Origin: a virus | Taxonomy: Duplodnaviria > Caudoviricetes | Strand: one strand, 5' to 3' | Length of the DNA stretch: 50,867 nt | IMG/VR virus record: IMGVR_UViG_3300006865_000002 | Location: 1-50,867 of that record | In this document: positions 18,196 through 27,249 of the stretch, in pieces | Layout of the letters: each line of letters starts with the position of its first letter | How positions within the stretch are numbered: position 1 is the first letter of the stretch | Notes under the pieces: model-generated | What the model was told of the DNA's origin: nothing | Databases searched by the model: none | Seen by the model: only the letters and a program-made list of their open reading frames with translations | Made by a program: the position numbers and the translations under genes

Positions 18196-20319
18196 ATGGG
18201 CGCGCTTCGGGAATATCTGGCGTCGTTGCCCCCGGCAGTCAAGAAAGTACAAGACATCGTAGGGGACCACGAAACCCTAGTTGCTTTGAAATCCCCGGTT
18301 GCTTGCGACACGGAAACGACCGGGCTTAACCCGTGGTTGGGCGACCGCCCTTATGCCTTCAGCTTTTGCGATTGCGAAGGCCGAAAGGCGTTCGTCCGTG
18401 GCCGGGTCGATCCGCTGACCCGCGAAGTTTCCATAGCCAAACCCGATTGGCGTTCCATGGTCAACTTCTTCGGGGACGCCAACGGCGTTCGGGTTTTCCA
18501 CCACGCCAAGTTCGATATCAGGATGTTGGAATCCACGGGCATTCAGGTTAGGGGCAAGATCGAAGAAACGATGTTCGCCCTTCACGCCCTGCACAACATG
18601 GAACCTAGCTTCAAGCTGAAGAAGTTGGGCGCGAAGTACCTTGACATTCCCGACGACGACGAAAAGGAATTGAGAAAGGCGACGGCCAAGGCCCGGCTTC
18701 AGGCTAAGAAGAAGGGTTGGAAGATTGCCGAAAAGGGTTCGCACGGCGACGACCCCATAGCCGCCGACTATTGGCTTGCGCCGGAAGAACTTTTGAAGCG
18801 GTACGCGCTGACGGATGCGGAGCGGACCATTCTTCTTTGGCTTATGGCCGATGGGGTCTTAGACGAAGAGGAAGTCCGAGACACTTACGAACGGGAAATG
18901 CGGTTGTTCCCCGTGACCTACGGCGCGGAGTCTCGCGGGGTCAAGATCGAAAAGGCCGTGGTGGATCGGGAAATCGTCAACCACGAATCCGCTTTGAAAA
19001 AGGCTTTGGACGAACTACAGAAGTGGAAGCCGGGGATCAATCTTAATTCCCCCATTCAGCTTCGGCGGTTCATGTACCAGCCCAAAGAGAAGGGCGGGCT
19101 TGGGATTCCCCCGGTCTACGACAAGGACACGGGCAACGAGACGACCGACGCGGAAGCGTTGCAGGGAATCCAACATCCTTTCGCGCGGCTTGTGTCAAGG
19201 GTCCGGGCGCATGAAAAGGCCCTGTCGTCCTTCTTCCTGAAGTATCGCGCCCTGTCGATTCCCGACCCGCTCAACCCCGGCGGGCTGGTCCTGCATCCCG
19301 ACTTTCAGCAAGTCGGTCCCGTCACGGGCCGCTACTCCTGCCGTCAACCCAACCTTCAAAACGTGGCCGACGCCAGCGGAGCGGGATTCACCACGGAGCC
19401 CATTCAAGCCCGAACCCCTTTCGGACCTAGGCCGGGATACGTTTGGTATCACTTCGACTTCAGCCAGCTTGAACTACGCATCTTCGCGGACGTGGCGCAA
19501 GAACCGACCATGTTAACCGCCATTCACGAAGGCGGCGACATTCACGGCAACACGGCCCGGAAGATTTGGGGACGCCAGCGGCCCGAAGCCGCAATCAAGG
19601 CGGCGGTATCCGCCCTTGGGCTGGACGGAAAGGAAGCGGAGAACACCCCGAAGGCAATCGAAACAGTCAAGGCCCTTCGAAGCAAGCGGCCCACGCTCAA
19701 AGAAGAAGGGTTGGCCGTGCTTTGGCTGGATCAATTCGATTGGGACATCAACAAGGCCGAAGCATCAATCGACAAAAAGAACAGCCGGAAGAAGGCGAAA
19801 ATCATCAACTTCCTAACCGTTTACGGCGGTTGGGCGGACGCCGTGGCGTCGAAGCTGGTTTGCACTAGGTCCGAAGCCGAAGAGTTGTTGGAAGAGTACC
19901 ACGCGACCTTCGACCGAATCCGGCCCTACTCCGAAGAACTTTCGTCGCTTGTATACCGGGATGGTTTTATCCGAAACCGTTTCAACCGGAAACTTTGGGT
20001 TGATCCCGATTACGCTTACCGTGCGGTAAACTACATGGTACAGGGATCGGCGGCGGACTTGCTAAAGGACCGGATGATTGCCGTTGCCGAATATCTTTCG
20101 AAGATGCGGGCGAGGGGGATAGATGCCCACTTGGTCCTTACCATTCACGACGAAATCGTTATCGAAATCAAATGGGGTCACGTCTTCCCTTGGTTCCTTC
20201 GGAGAGTCCGGCGGATCATGGAAGACCACGGCGGGCGGTTCGGGCTCCCGCTTCCCGTGGACGTGGCACGAACCGTTACCCGCTGGAACGAAAAGAAGGA
20301 ACTGAAAGACTTCCGATAG
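18196..20319 (+). CDS. polA: DNA polymerase family A with 3'-5' exonuclease
   Basis: DTETTG, HHAKFD, YALTDA; TGRYSCRQPNLQN, DFSQLELR, KIINFLTVYG, NYMVQGSAAD, IHDE. Confidence 0.95.
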   Translation: MGALREYLASLPPAVKKVQDIVGDHETLVALKSPVACDTETTGLNPWLGDRPYAFSFCDCEGRKAFVRGRVDPLTREVSIAKPDWRSMVNFFGDANGVRVFHHAKFDIRMLESTGIQVRGKIEETMFALHALHNMEPSFKLKKLGAKYLDIPDDDEKELRKATAKARLQAKKKGWKIAEKGSHGDDPIAADYWLAPEELLKRYALTDAERTILLWLMADGVLDEEEVRDTYEREMRLFPVTYGAESRGVKIEKAVVDREIVNHESALKKALDELQKWKPGINLNSPIQLRRFMYQPKEKGGLGIPPVYDKDTGNETTDAEALQGIQHPFARLVSRVRAHEKALSSFFLKYRALSIPDPLNPGGLVLHPDFQQVGPVTGRYSCRQPNLQNVADASGAGFTTEPIQARTPFGPRPGYVWYHFDFSQLELRIFADVAQEPTMLTAIHEGGDIHGNTARKIWGRQRPEAAIKAAVSALGLDGKEAENTPKAIETVKALRSKRPTLKEEGLAVLWLDQFDWDINKAEASIDKKNSRKKAKIINFLTVYGGWADAVASKLVCTRSEAEELLEEYHATFDRIRPYSEELSSLVYRDGFIRNRFNRKLWVDPDYAYRAVNYMVQGSAADLLKDRMIAVAEYLSKMRARGIDAHLVLTIHDEIVIEIKWGHVFPWFLRRVRRIMEDHGGRFGLPLPVDVARTVTRWNEKKELKDFR

Positions 20320-20337
20320 AGGGGAGAAGGCGCGCGA

Positions 20338-22407
20338 ATGATTACGGAAGAAGCGGCGAAAGCCGTTCGGGGTTTCGTATCCCATGGGGTCGTGTTCCAC
20401 GACATGACCGGGGATCAAGTCATAGGAGATTGTCCGTTTTCCGGGTCCGCCAAAAAGTTCTATGTCAATTGGCGGAACAAACTTTGGGACTGTAAAGTTT
20501 GCGGGATGAAAGGGAACTTCGAATCCTTCCTAGCCCAAATCGGGAAGGAAAACACGGAGTTCTATAGGCAAACGCCAGAAGCCCAATCTACGTTGGCCGC
20601 GAACCGACAGCTTCCCAAGTCGGCCTTCGTGCGTTGGGAAGTCGGCTTCAACGGCGAGTCTTACACCATTCCGATTCGGAACGAAAAGGGCAAAATCGTT
20701 GATCTTCGCGGCTGGCGTCCGAAGCGGAAGTCCATGTCAACGCCCGGGGTCAATACCGGGTTGTTCGGCCACGACCAGCTACACGACCCCAAGCGCGCCA
20801 AGGAACCCGTCTACATTTGCGAAGGCGAATGGGACGCCATGGCCCTTGACTGGTTGCTCCGTCTTATTCAGAAACCCGGGGTTGTGGTCGGTCTCCCGGG
20901 GGCTAACACTCTGAAAACGGAATGGGTTCCTTCGTTCAAGGGCCGGGACGTTCGCGCCATGTACGACGCCGACGAAGCCGGGGCGCAAGGGGAAGCGCGC
21001 TGCTACGAACTCCTGTCCACGGCGGCTAAGTCCCTCCGGTTCGTGGAGTGGCCCGCCGACTCGCCGGACGGTTTCGATACTCGGGACTGGATCGTTGCCG
21101 GGGCGGTCAAGGGGAAGAAGCCCAAGGCTTGCTTCGCGGCCTTGGAAGCCATGATCCGGCGGACGAAGCCCCGGTCCAAGACCGCCGCCAAGGGAGAAGA
21201 GGAAGAAAAGGAAGCCGAGTCCAAGCCCGAGTTGAAACCGATTTCGCGCCAAGAACTGTTCGCGGAGTATAAGAAATGGCTTCATATGCGGGACGATGAA
21301 GCCTTGGCGGTCATGTTCGGAACGTGCTTCGCCAACCGTCTTCACGGCGACCCGCTTTGGCTTTTCTTCGTCGCGCCCCCGGGCGGCATGAAGTCCGAAC
21401 TTCTCATGTCCCTTTCGAATTGCGACGAAACCTATTCGGTTTCGACTCTAACGCCCCATGCTCTTGTGTCCGGCGCGTCTTGGGTCGGGGGCGAAGACCC
21501 GTCCTTGATTCCGAAGCTTGATAAAAAAGTCCTGATCATTAAGGACTTTACGACCACGCTTCAAATGAACCCCATGGCCCGGGACGAAATCTTCGGACAG
21601 CTTCGGGACGCTTACGACGGCAAATTCGAAAAGGTTTTCGGTAACGGGATAGTCCGCCGTTATAACTCCACGTTCGGCATTATCGCGGGCGTTACTCCCA
21701 ACATTGACGCTTTCAGTTCCCTTCACTCCGGGTTGGGCGAAAGGTTTTTGAAGTACAGGCTTGAAGGGAACACGGTTCACTTGGACGAACTGGAAAGGAT
21801 CATGCGCGCAATCGGGAACATCAACAAGGAAAACACGATGCGCGATTCGATCAAGGAAGCCGCCGCGCGCTTCCTTTCTCAGAAGATGCCGGACCCCGCC
21901 CCCGAACTGACTATGGACATGCGGTTGAAGGTCGGCAACCTTTCCATGCTGGCGGCTCGAATGCGCGGAGTCGTCAACCGGGACAAGTACGATTACCGCC
22001 TTATGACCAACAAGGCCAGCTTTGAAATCGGAACCCGATTGGGAAAGCAATTGTCCCGGCTTGCTATGGGGGTCGCAATCTACTACGGGGAGAAGACCCC
22101 TAGCGAAAGGACTTACAAGTTGGTTACGCGGGTCGCCATGTCCACGGTCCCCGACAAAATCGAGGAAGTGATACACGGACTTTGGAAGTTGTGTCCCAAC
22201 CCGAATAGCACGGCCCCCACCCCGGCGGTAAACAAGGCTTGCCCGATGCTGACCCCTTCAACCGTGTTCCGAACCTTGCAAGACTTGGCCGCTATCGGTA
22301 TGGTTAAACAAGTAGGGACGGGGGCCAAGTACCAATGGCAATTGGACGAATCCGTTAAGAACTTGATTAAGGGAGCGAATGCTTATGGCGTGGCACGGCT
22401 CGATTAG
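20338..22407 (+). CDS. Primase (Zn finger + Toprim) fused to an MCM-like AAA+ helicase domain
   Basis: CPF...CKVC, ICEGEWD, YDADEAG; PPGGMKS, ERFL, RLGKQLSRLA, C-terminal wHTH-like segment. Confidence 0.8.
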   Translation: MITEEAAKAVRGFVSHGVVFHDMTGDQVIGDCPFSGSAKKFYVNWRNKLWDCKVCGMKGNFESFLAQIGKENTEFYRQTPEAQSTLAANRQLPKSAFVRWEVGFNGESYTIPIRNEKGKIVDLRGWRPKRKSMSTPGVNTGLFGHDQLHDPKRAKEPVYICEGEWDAMALDWLLRLIQKPGVVVGLPGANTLKTEWVPSFKGRDVRAMYDADEAGAQGEARCYELLSTAAKSLRFVEWPADSPDGFDTRDWIVAGAVKGKKPKACFAALEAMIRRTKPRSKTAAKGEEEEKEAESKPELKPISRQELFAEYKKWLHMRDDEALAVMFGTCFANRLHGDPLWLFFVAPPGGMKSELLMSLSNCDETYSVSTLTPHALVSGASWVGGEDPSLIPKLDKKVLIIKDFTTTLQMNPMARDEIFGQLRDAYDGKFEKVFGNGIVRRYNSTFGIIAGVTPNIDAFSSLHSGLGERFLKYRLEGNTVHLDELERIMRAIGNINKENTMRDSIKEAAARFLSQKMPDPAPELTMDMRLKVGNLSMLAARMRGVVNRDKYDYRLMTNKASFEIGTRLGKQLSRLAMGVAIYYGEKTPSERTYKLVTRVAMSTVPDKIEEVIHGLWKLCPNPNSTAPTPAVNKACPMLTPSTVFRTLQDLAAIGMVKQVGTGAKYQWQLDESVKNLIKGANAYGVARLD

Positions 22408-22711
22408 GATTGGGGAGTCCGAAGGCGGACACGTCTTGGTTTTGTACCGGGGCGAAGCCCGCGTCTACGACTTGCAGGACGCGGAGAACGTGGCGAAGTT
22501 GCGCCGGGTCGCCAGCACGAACCATGCCGCCGGGATGAAGTTCCTATCCCGTTTCGCCCGGGTTCCCGACGCGGAAAAGGCCCACGTCCAAGCCCTGAAG
22601 TCCGGCAACGCGGCAGAGTTCAAAGCCATTTTGGACGCTATCAAGGCGGCGACCAAGCGGACGGAACCGCCCCCGCCCGCTCCCCCGCCCAAGAAAGGCA
22701 AGGGAAAATGA
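22379..22711 (+). CDS. Hypothetical protein
   Basis: Operon packing. Confidence 0.55.
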   Translation: MLMAWHGSIRIGESEGGHVLVLYRGEARVYDLQDAENVAKLRRVASTNHAAGMKFLSRFARVPDAEKAHVQALKSGNAAEFKAILDAIKAATKRTEPPPPAPPPKKGKGK

Positions 22712-23055
22712 CGGACGAACTTCCCGACCGTCTCAACATGGACAAGGCTTCTTCCGCGTTCAAGAACCTTGCGGGGAAGACGACCTATAAGGAACTCCAA
22801 AAGGTCTTGGCCGAACGCGGGTCATCCGTGTTTCGTGGCAGTATCAAGAGGGACGCCCAACAGAAGTCGGAGCGGGAAGCCCGGGAACGAGCGCAGGAAA
22901 TCGCCCGGCTTCGCGCGGAAGAAGAGGAATGCGGACGGCTGGCGTCAGAGTCGGACAAGGCCGGAAACTTCAAACGGTTTGCGCGCTTCTGGAACAGGAT
23001 GGACGCGGCGCGTCAAGGACTGATCCGGCTTGGGGCGGCGGGGCCGGGAGCCTAG
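22708..23055 (+). CDS. Hypothetical protein
   Basis: ATGA overlap. Confidence 0.55.
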   Translation: MTDELPDRLNMDKASSAFKNLAGKTTYKELQKVLAERGSSVFRGSIKRDAQQKSEREARERAQEIARLRAEEEECGRLASESDKAGNFKRFARFWNRMDAARQGLIRLGAAGPGA

Positions 23056-23058
23056 GAC

Positions 23059-23313
23059 GTGGCCCGCGCGGATAGAGAACGGGCCTATTTCAGAAGGTTG
23101 GAATTGGTCAAGAAACTTGGCGGGAAATGCGTCGATTGCGGGACGAAGGGGACGCCGAAGAACCCGCTTGAAATCGACCACGTTAACGGCAGGAATTACG
23201 ACTTGCGGAAAATGGACCCGTCTTGGCGCGTGTCTCGGTACTGGCAAGAGTTCCGAAACGGCGTTGAACTCGCCGTGCGTTGCAAGCGTTGTAACGCCAA
23301 CGCCCACAAGTAA
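23059..23313 (+). CDS. HNH endonuclease-like protein
   Basis: LGGKCVDCG...LEIDHVNG...CKRCN. Confidence 0.75.
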   Translation: MARADRERAYFRRLELVKKLGGKCVDCGTKGTPKNPLEIDHVNGRNYDLRKMDPSWRVSRYWQEFRNGVELAVRCKRCNANAHK

Positions 23314-23322
23314 GGGGGAGCA

Positions 23323-23631
23323 ATGGAAGAGAAGTTGATTCACAAGGAAGGGCCGTTCCACTTCATGTTGGACCGGGAAGGGAAAATCCGAATCGACTTG
23401 CCGGACGGTCACGGCCCCAAGCTGTCCAAGGATGAAGTCCGCCAGCTTTCCCGGGGCGCGCGGTTCGTAGCGGGGTCGTTGGAGAACGCCGCGCCCTACC
23501 CCGGCCCGGTATGCCGTCACCGTTGCCGGACGTGCGACGAAGTTTGGACGCACGACCCCGAGAAACTCGAATGCCGTTGGGCCTACGATGATCTTTGCGG
23601 CGATTGCGCCGGGATGGAAAGGACCAAATGA
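23323..23631 (+). CDS. Hypothetical Zn-binding protein
   Basis: HRCRTC...C...CGDC; RBS gggggag. Confidence 0.55.
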   Translation: MEEKLIHKEGPFHFMLDREGKIRIDLPDGHGPKLSKDEVRQLSRGARFVAGSLENAAPYPGPVCRHRCRTCDEVWTHDPEKLECRWAYDDLCGDCAGMERTK

Positions 23632-24062
23632 GAAAGCTAACCGACTTGGAAGCCTTGGACGCGGAAAGGGAATTCCAGCTATTCAACGAACCCCGGAAGG
23701 ATTCCCCGCCCAACGAACGGGAAGCGTTCATGGCCGGGCTACAATTCCAATTGGGCATGGCGGACAAGGCTAGGGCGCGGGAAGTGTTCGAGCAAGAACG
23801 GTTCAAGCGCGCTTGGATTCTCGCGCGCCAAATGTCCGCCGTGTCCGCCCAAACCATTTTGGTTTTGAACAACGTCCGAAAGCGGCTGATCATAGGGCCG
23901 GACCAAAAGCCCGTGGACACGCTGGGAATCGGCAAGACCATTGAGACGGTCGCCAGCGCGCTAAAGTCCGCCGAAAAGGTCTTGGAAATCCTGAAGGTCG
24001 TACAACCGGACGGCAACGGGAATCCCATCCTTCCCAAGTTGCCGGAAGCGGGGGGCAACTAA
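23628..24062 (+). CDS. Hypothetical protein
   Basis: ATGA overlap, RBS aagga. Confidence 0.55.
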   Translation: MRKLTDLEALDAEREFQLFNEPRKDSPPNEREAFMAGLQFQLGMADKARAREVFEQERFKRAWILARQMSAVSAQTILVLNNVRKRLIIGPDQKPVDTLGIGKTIETVASALKSAEKVLEILKVVQPDGNGNPILPKLPEAGGN

Positions 24063-24649
24063 TGGGGAAATGCTGCAAGGAACACAAGCCCATGGACAAG
24101 GCCCGCGTGTTCGGGGTCGGGCTTTCTAGGACGGGGACTTCCAGCTTGACCAAGGCCCTAAGCGTGTTGGGCTGGAAGGCCGTTCATTGGCCGCTGTCCA
24201 TCAAAGAGATTTGCGCGGCGGAAGCGGCCACGGACATAACCGTATCGGTACGTTTCCGCGAGTTGGACCAGTCCTTCCCCGGCTCCAAGTTCGTCTTGAC
24301 CGTTCGCGCGGTCGGGTCTTGGATGGAGTCCCTTCGATCCTACTTCGACCTTGCCCATGCCCGCTACGTGAAGCGGAGTCTTTATCCCGCCCAATGGGAT
24401 TTCGTCGCGGACGCCGAACGAAAGCTATACGGAAAACTGTTGGGCTTCTCCAAGTTCACGGACGAACAATTGTTCGACGCATACAACAACCACGAAAGGG
24501 CCGTCCGAAGATACTTCACGACCCGACCCGCTCAACTGCTGGTCTTTGACGTGTCGGAAGGATGGTCCCCGCTTTGCCGATTCTTGGGCGTTCCGATCCC
24601 GGCGGAACGATTCCCCCATTGGAACCGGGTAGAGGATAAGCCCCGATGA
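24062..24649 (+). CDS. PAPS-dependent sulfotransferase (Sulfotransfer_4-like)
   Basis: 5'-PSB loop GLSRTGTSSL, 3'-PB motif FVLTVR...W..S, C-terminal GWSPLCRFLG.P.P...FPHWN. Confidence 0.85.
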   Translation: MGKCCKEHKPMDKARVFGVGLSRTGTSSLTKALSVLGWKAVHWPLSIKEICAAEAATDITVSVRFRELDQSFPGSKFVLTVRAVGSWMESLRSYFDLAHARYVKRSLYPAQWDFVADAERKLYGKLLGFSKFTDEQLFDAYNNHERAVRRYFTTRPAQLLVFDVSEGWSPLCRFLGVPIPAERFPHWNRVEDKPR

Positions 24650-25146
24650 TCGTTTGGATTACGGGCCTACCGTGTTCGGGAAAAACGACCTTGGCCTACG
24701 AACTCCACAAGCGGATTGCCCTTGGCCGCGCGGTCGTGCTGGACGCCGAAGACATGCGGTCGAACTTGTGGCCGGAAATCGGCTACAGCGACCAAGACCG
24801 CCGGGACAATATGCAGCGGTTGGGCTACCTTGCCCGGATGTTCTCCCAACTTGGTTTGGTCGCCATTGTCGCGGCGGTATCCCCCTTCAGAGATACCCGC
24901 AACACGATTCGGGCTTGCAACCCCGGGGTGTTCTTCGAAGTGTATTTGGAATGCCCGTTCGATGCGCGTTATGCGCGGGACAAGCGCGGCATACTTGGCC
25001 CGCCTACGTGGAGTCGGGACGAATCGTATTACGAACCCCCGGGTATGCCGGAAATCCACGGCCATACGGACACGGAATCCCCCGACGCGCTGGCCGACCG
25101 CGTTATACGGGCCATGGTCGAAAAGGGGCTGGTCCATGCCCATTGA
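24646..25146 (+). CDS. cysC: Adenylyl-sulfate (APS) kinase
   Basis: IVWITGLPCSGKTT, LDAEDMR, GYSDQDRRDN, VSPF, EVYLECP, RDKRG, YEPP. Confidence 0.9.
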   Translation: MIVWITGLPCSGKTTLAYELHKRIALGRAVVLDAEDMRSNLWPEIGYSDQDRRDNMQRLGYLARMFSQLGLVAIVAAVSPFRDTRNTIRACNPGVFFEVYLECPFDARYARDKRGILGPPTWSRDESYYEPPGMPEIHGHTDTESPDALADRVIRAMVEKGLVHAH

Positions 25147-25423
25147 TCCGACCGGACCCGCCGTCATGGTCGCGGCGCGCGGCGCGGTATGGTGGGGCTA
25201 TGCCGTCGAACGCCGGGGCAAGCGCGAAGCGTGGTTGATCCAGTCCCCGGACGGCGGTTTCCGGTACGCTTCCATTCATGCGACTTTGTATCACTACGAC
25301 CCCAAAGCGTTCGCGGCCTTGGCCGCGCTGCATCGGGACTTGGAGCCCCGCGACCCGGAGTTCGAAAAGGAATGGCGGGCCATAGTCGATAGGCTCGAAT
25401 TGTTTTCACCGAAATCTACTTGA
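25136..25423 (+). CDS. Hypothetical protein
   Basis: Overlaps the cysC stop. Confidence 0.5.
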   Translation: MPIDPTGPAVMVAARGAVWWGYAVERRGKREAWLIQSPDGGFRYASIHATLYHYDPKAFAALAALHRDLEPRDPEFEKEWRAIVDRLELFSPKST

Positions 25424-25449
25424 CTTGACCCCGTGACTAGGTAAGACTT

Positions 25450-25737
25450 ATGGACGAAATGACTATCGAAGAGTACCGCGAGAACCTGAAGACGTGCGCG
25501 CTTGCTTCGATGTTCTTGGAGCGGGTCAACGTCCCCGACATGCTGGAACGGATCGAACGCGCCGACGCATTCGGCGGCATGATCGACCCCACGCTTTACA
25601 GGGAAAAGCGCGGGGCCATGATGGAAGACAAGGAACTTTTGGAAGCGGCCTTGCCCCTTTGGAGATACGCCCAAAAGGTCCGCGAGTCCATCAACCAAAA
25701 GGCTTTGGAGGAACGGAAGAAAGCGGAAACGGCATAA
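25450..25737 (+). CDS. Hypothetical protein
   Basis: Clean ORF with phage-typical codon use. Confidence 0.6.
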   Translation: MDEMTIEEYRENLKTCALASMFLERVNVPDMLERIERADAFGGMIDPTLYREKRGAMMEDKELLEAALPLWRYAQKVRESINQKALEERKKAETA

Positions 25738-25888
25738 CAAACCATCCCTCTTCGGATCTACTTAGGCCCCCAAAACGTCTTGGGGGAAGTTGGAACCGAT
25801 GGAGGGTTGGACCATGAAGGAAATCCCGGTTGCGTTCATGGACGGTTCGGGGCGGAAAGCCATTCTCATACTTGATGGAGGGTCCAAC

Positions 25889-26146
25889 ATGGCGCGCAAG
25901 TTCCCCGTGTTCGAAGTATTCCACTCCAACCGCGCGAAGGAATACCGTTGGCGGCTCCGTTCGACCAACGGCGAAATCGTCGCGGCGTCCGGCGACGGCT
26001 TCAAGCAGCGCGCGGGGGTCGTGAACGCCATTCGCGCGGTCAAGCTGGCGGCGGCGCGGGGCGTGGTCGAAGCGGTCAAGGTCGTTCCCAAGCGGCTGTT
26101 GCGGAAGCCCAAGGCCGCGAAGCCCAAGGCGAATAAGGCCAGCTAA
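25889..26146 (+). CDS. YegP/DUF1508 family protein with basic tail
   Basis: FEVF...YRWRLRSTNGEIVAASGDGF...NAI motif. Confidence 0.8.
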   Translation: MARKFPVFEVFHSNRAKEYRWRLRSTNGEIVAASGDGFKQRAGVVNAIRAVKLAAARGVVEAVKVVPKRLLRKPKAAKPKANKAS

Positions 26147-26173
26147 CCAACCGCCTTTTCCTCCCTCTCTCGG

Positions 26174-26201
26174 GGCCGGGTAGCAATACCCGGCCTTTTT
26201 T
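26174..26201 (+). terminator. Rho-independent terminator
   Basis: GGCCGGGTA-GCAA-TACCCGGCC followed by T6. Confidence 0.85.
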
Positions 26202-26211
26202 ATTTTGCCAC

Positions 26212-26239
26212 TTGACTTTATGGCATAAAGTTGTATAGT
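26212..26239 (+). promoter_or_regulatory. sigma70-type promoter with palindromic operator in the spacer
   Basis: TTGACT-N16-TATAGT containing CTTTATGGCATAAAG (26216-26230). Confidence 0.7.
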
Positions 26240-26265
26240 TAGGCAGAGTGAAAGGAGGAACGACG

Positions 26266-26481
26266 ATGCTTACCCCGGAGGAAATGAAGGCCCGGCGCGC
26301 CCCGTGCGAGTTCCAGTCAAGGCCGTACTTCCCGATTGATCCCCGACCGGACGGCGACGACCTTTGGGACCGCTACTTCCGGCTGGTCCTTCGTCACCAC
26401 GTCGGAGCCGAAACCGAAGTCCGTTGGATCGACGAACCCAACGTGGTTTACGGTTGGGTAATCGGACTTGCCCCGCGTTGA
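26266..26481 (+). CDS. Hypothetical protein
   Basis: RBS aaaggagg. Confidence 0.6.
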   Translation: MLTPEEMKARRAPCEFQSRPYFPIDPRPDGDDLWDRYFRLVLRHHVGAETEVRWIDEPNVVYGWVIGLAPR

Positions 26482-26484
26482 AAC

Positions 26485-26517
26485 CTTTATGGCATAAAGT
26501 CTTTTTATGACATAAAG
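26485..26517. promoter_or_regulatory. Tandem palindromic sites (putative enhancer/UAS)
   Basis: CTTTATGGCATAAAG and TTTATGACATAAAG, about 85-117 nt upstream of the predicted sigma54 TSS. Confidence 0.65.
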
Positions 26518-26575
26518 TGTCAACACTTTACGTAAATTGTCACAACGGAACCGCGAACGCGCTTCAAAAATCGCT

Positions 26576-26591
26576 TGGCACGAAACTTGCA
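26576..26591 (+). promoter_or_regulatory. sigma54 (-24/-12) promoter
   Basis: TGGCACGAAACTTGCA matches TGGCACG-N4-TTGCW in an intergenic region. Confidence 0.75.
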
Positions 26592-26657
26592 GTAAGTAGG
26601 TAGTCGGGTCGGATGGTCCGGCCCAATGCTCTTTGGAAATCGGAAAGGAGGAACGGC

Positions 26658-27197
26658 TTGAACATTGAGCAAGCCTACGAACGGACCAACGCCGTTAAGC
26701 CCGAAGGCACGGTCACGCCACTTACCTTTGAGGAAGCGGAGAAGGCAATCCGAAAGATGTTCCGCCACTTGAAGGGGCGTCGGTTCCCTTACCGCATCGT
26801 GGAGACTTCCGGCAACCGCTACACTTGGCTAAGGGGATCGGAGTTCCGCGTCAACGTGGGCAACGGCTGGTCGGACTTGATCCACTTGTTTTCCCATTGG
26901 TTCCATAGGGAGTACGTCGGGGGTCGGCCCCACTCCAAGAAACACGCCCGGCTTGAAAAGAACCTTCGCAAGTGGGCCGTGGCGCGGGGCTGGTTCAACG
27001 GATCGTTGAAGCCCAAGCCCAAGGAACCGAAGCCGGAACCCGTGGCCGCGCCCGTGGACTTCGTGGCAAAGCGCGAAGCCAAGGCGCGTCGGATGCTGGC
27101 GAAGTGGGAACGCAAGTTGGAGTTGGCGAAGGGCCATCTTCAGAAGTGGCGGGCCAAGGTCCGCTACTACGACAGGAAGAAGACGGCCAGCGCGTAG
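26658..27197 (+). CDS. Hypothetical basic protein with His cluster (possible zincin-like metal site)
   Basis: RBS aaaggagg + TTG; LIHLFSHWFH...PH...H. Confidence 0.6.
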   Translation: MNIEQAYERTNAVKPEGTVTPLTFEEAEKAIRKMFRHLKGRRFPYRIVETSGNRYTWLRGSEFRVNVGNGWSDLIHLFSHWFHREYVGGRPHSKKHARLEKNLRKWAVARGWFNGSLKPKPKEPKPEPVAAPVDFVAKREAKARRMLAKWERKLELAKGHLQKWRAKVRYYDRKKTASA

Positions 27198-27249
27198 GGC
27201 CTTGGAGTAGAGGGAAGGAAAGGGCGGGGCCGAAAGGCCCCGCCCGCAT

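Noticed and set aside
24646-25146. cysC as a plain sulfur-assimilation auxiliary metabolic gene
   Set aside because: No cysD/N/H present, and it is coupled to a PAPS-consuming sulfotransferase
26221-26234. Second sigma54 promoter at TGGCATAAAGTTGT
   Set aside because: Spacing is one base short and the -12 GC is absent; the sequence is part of the palindrome
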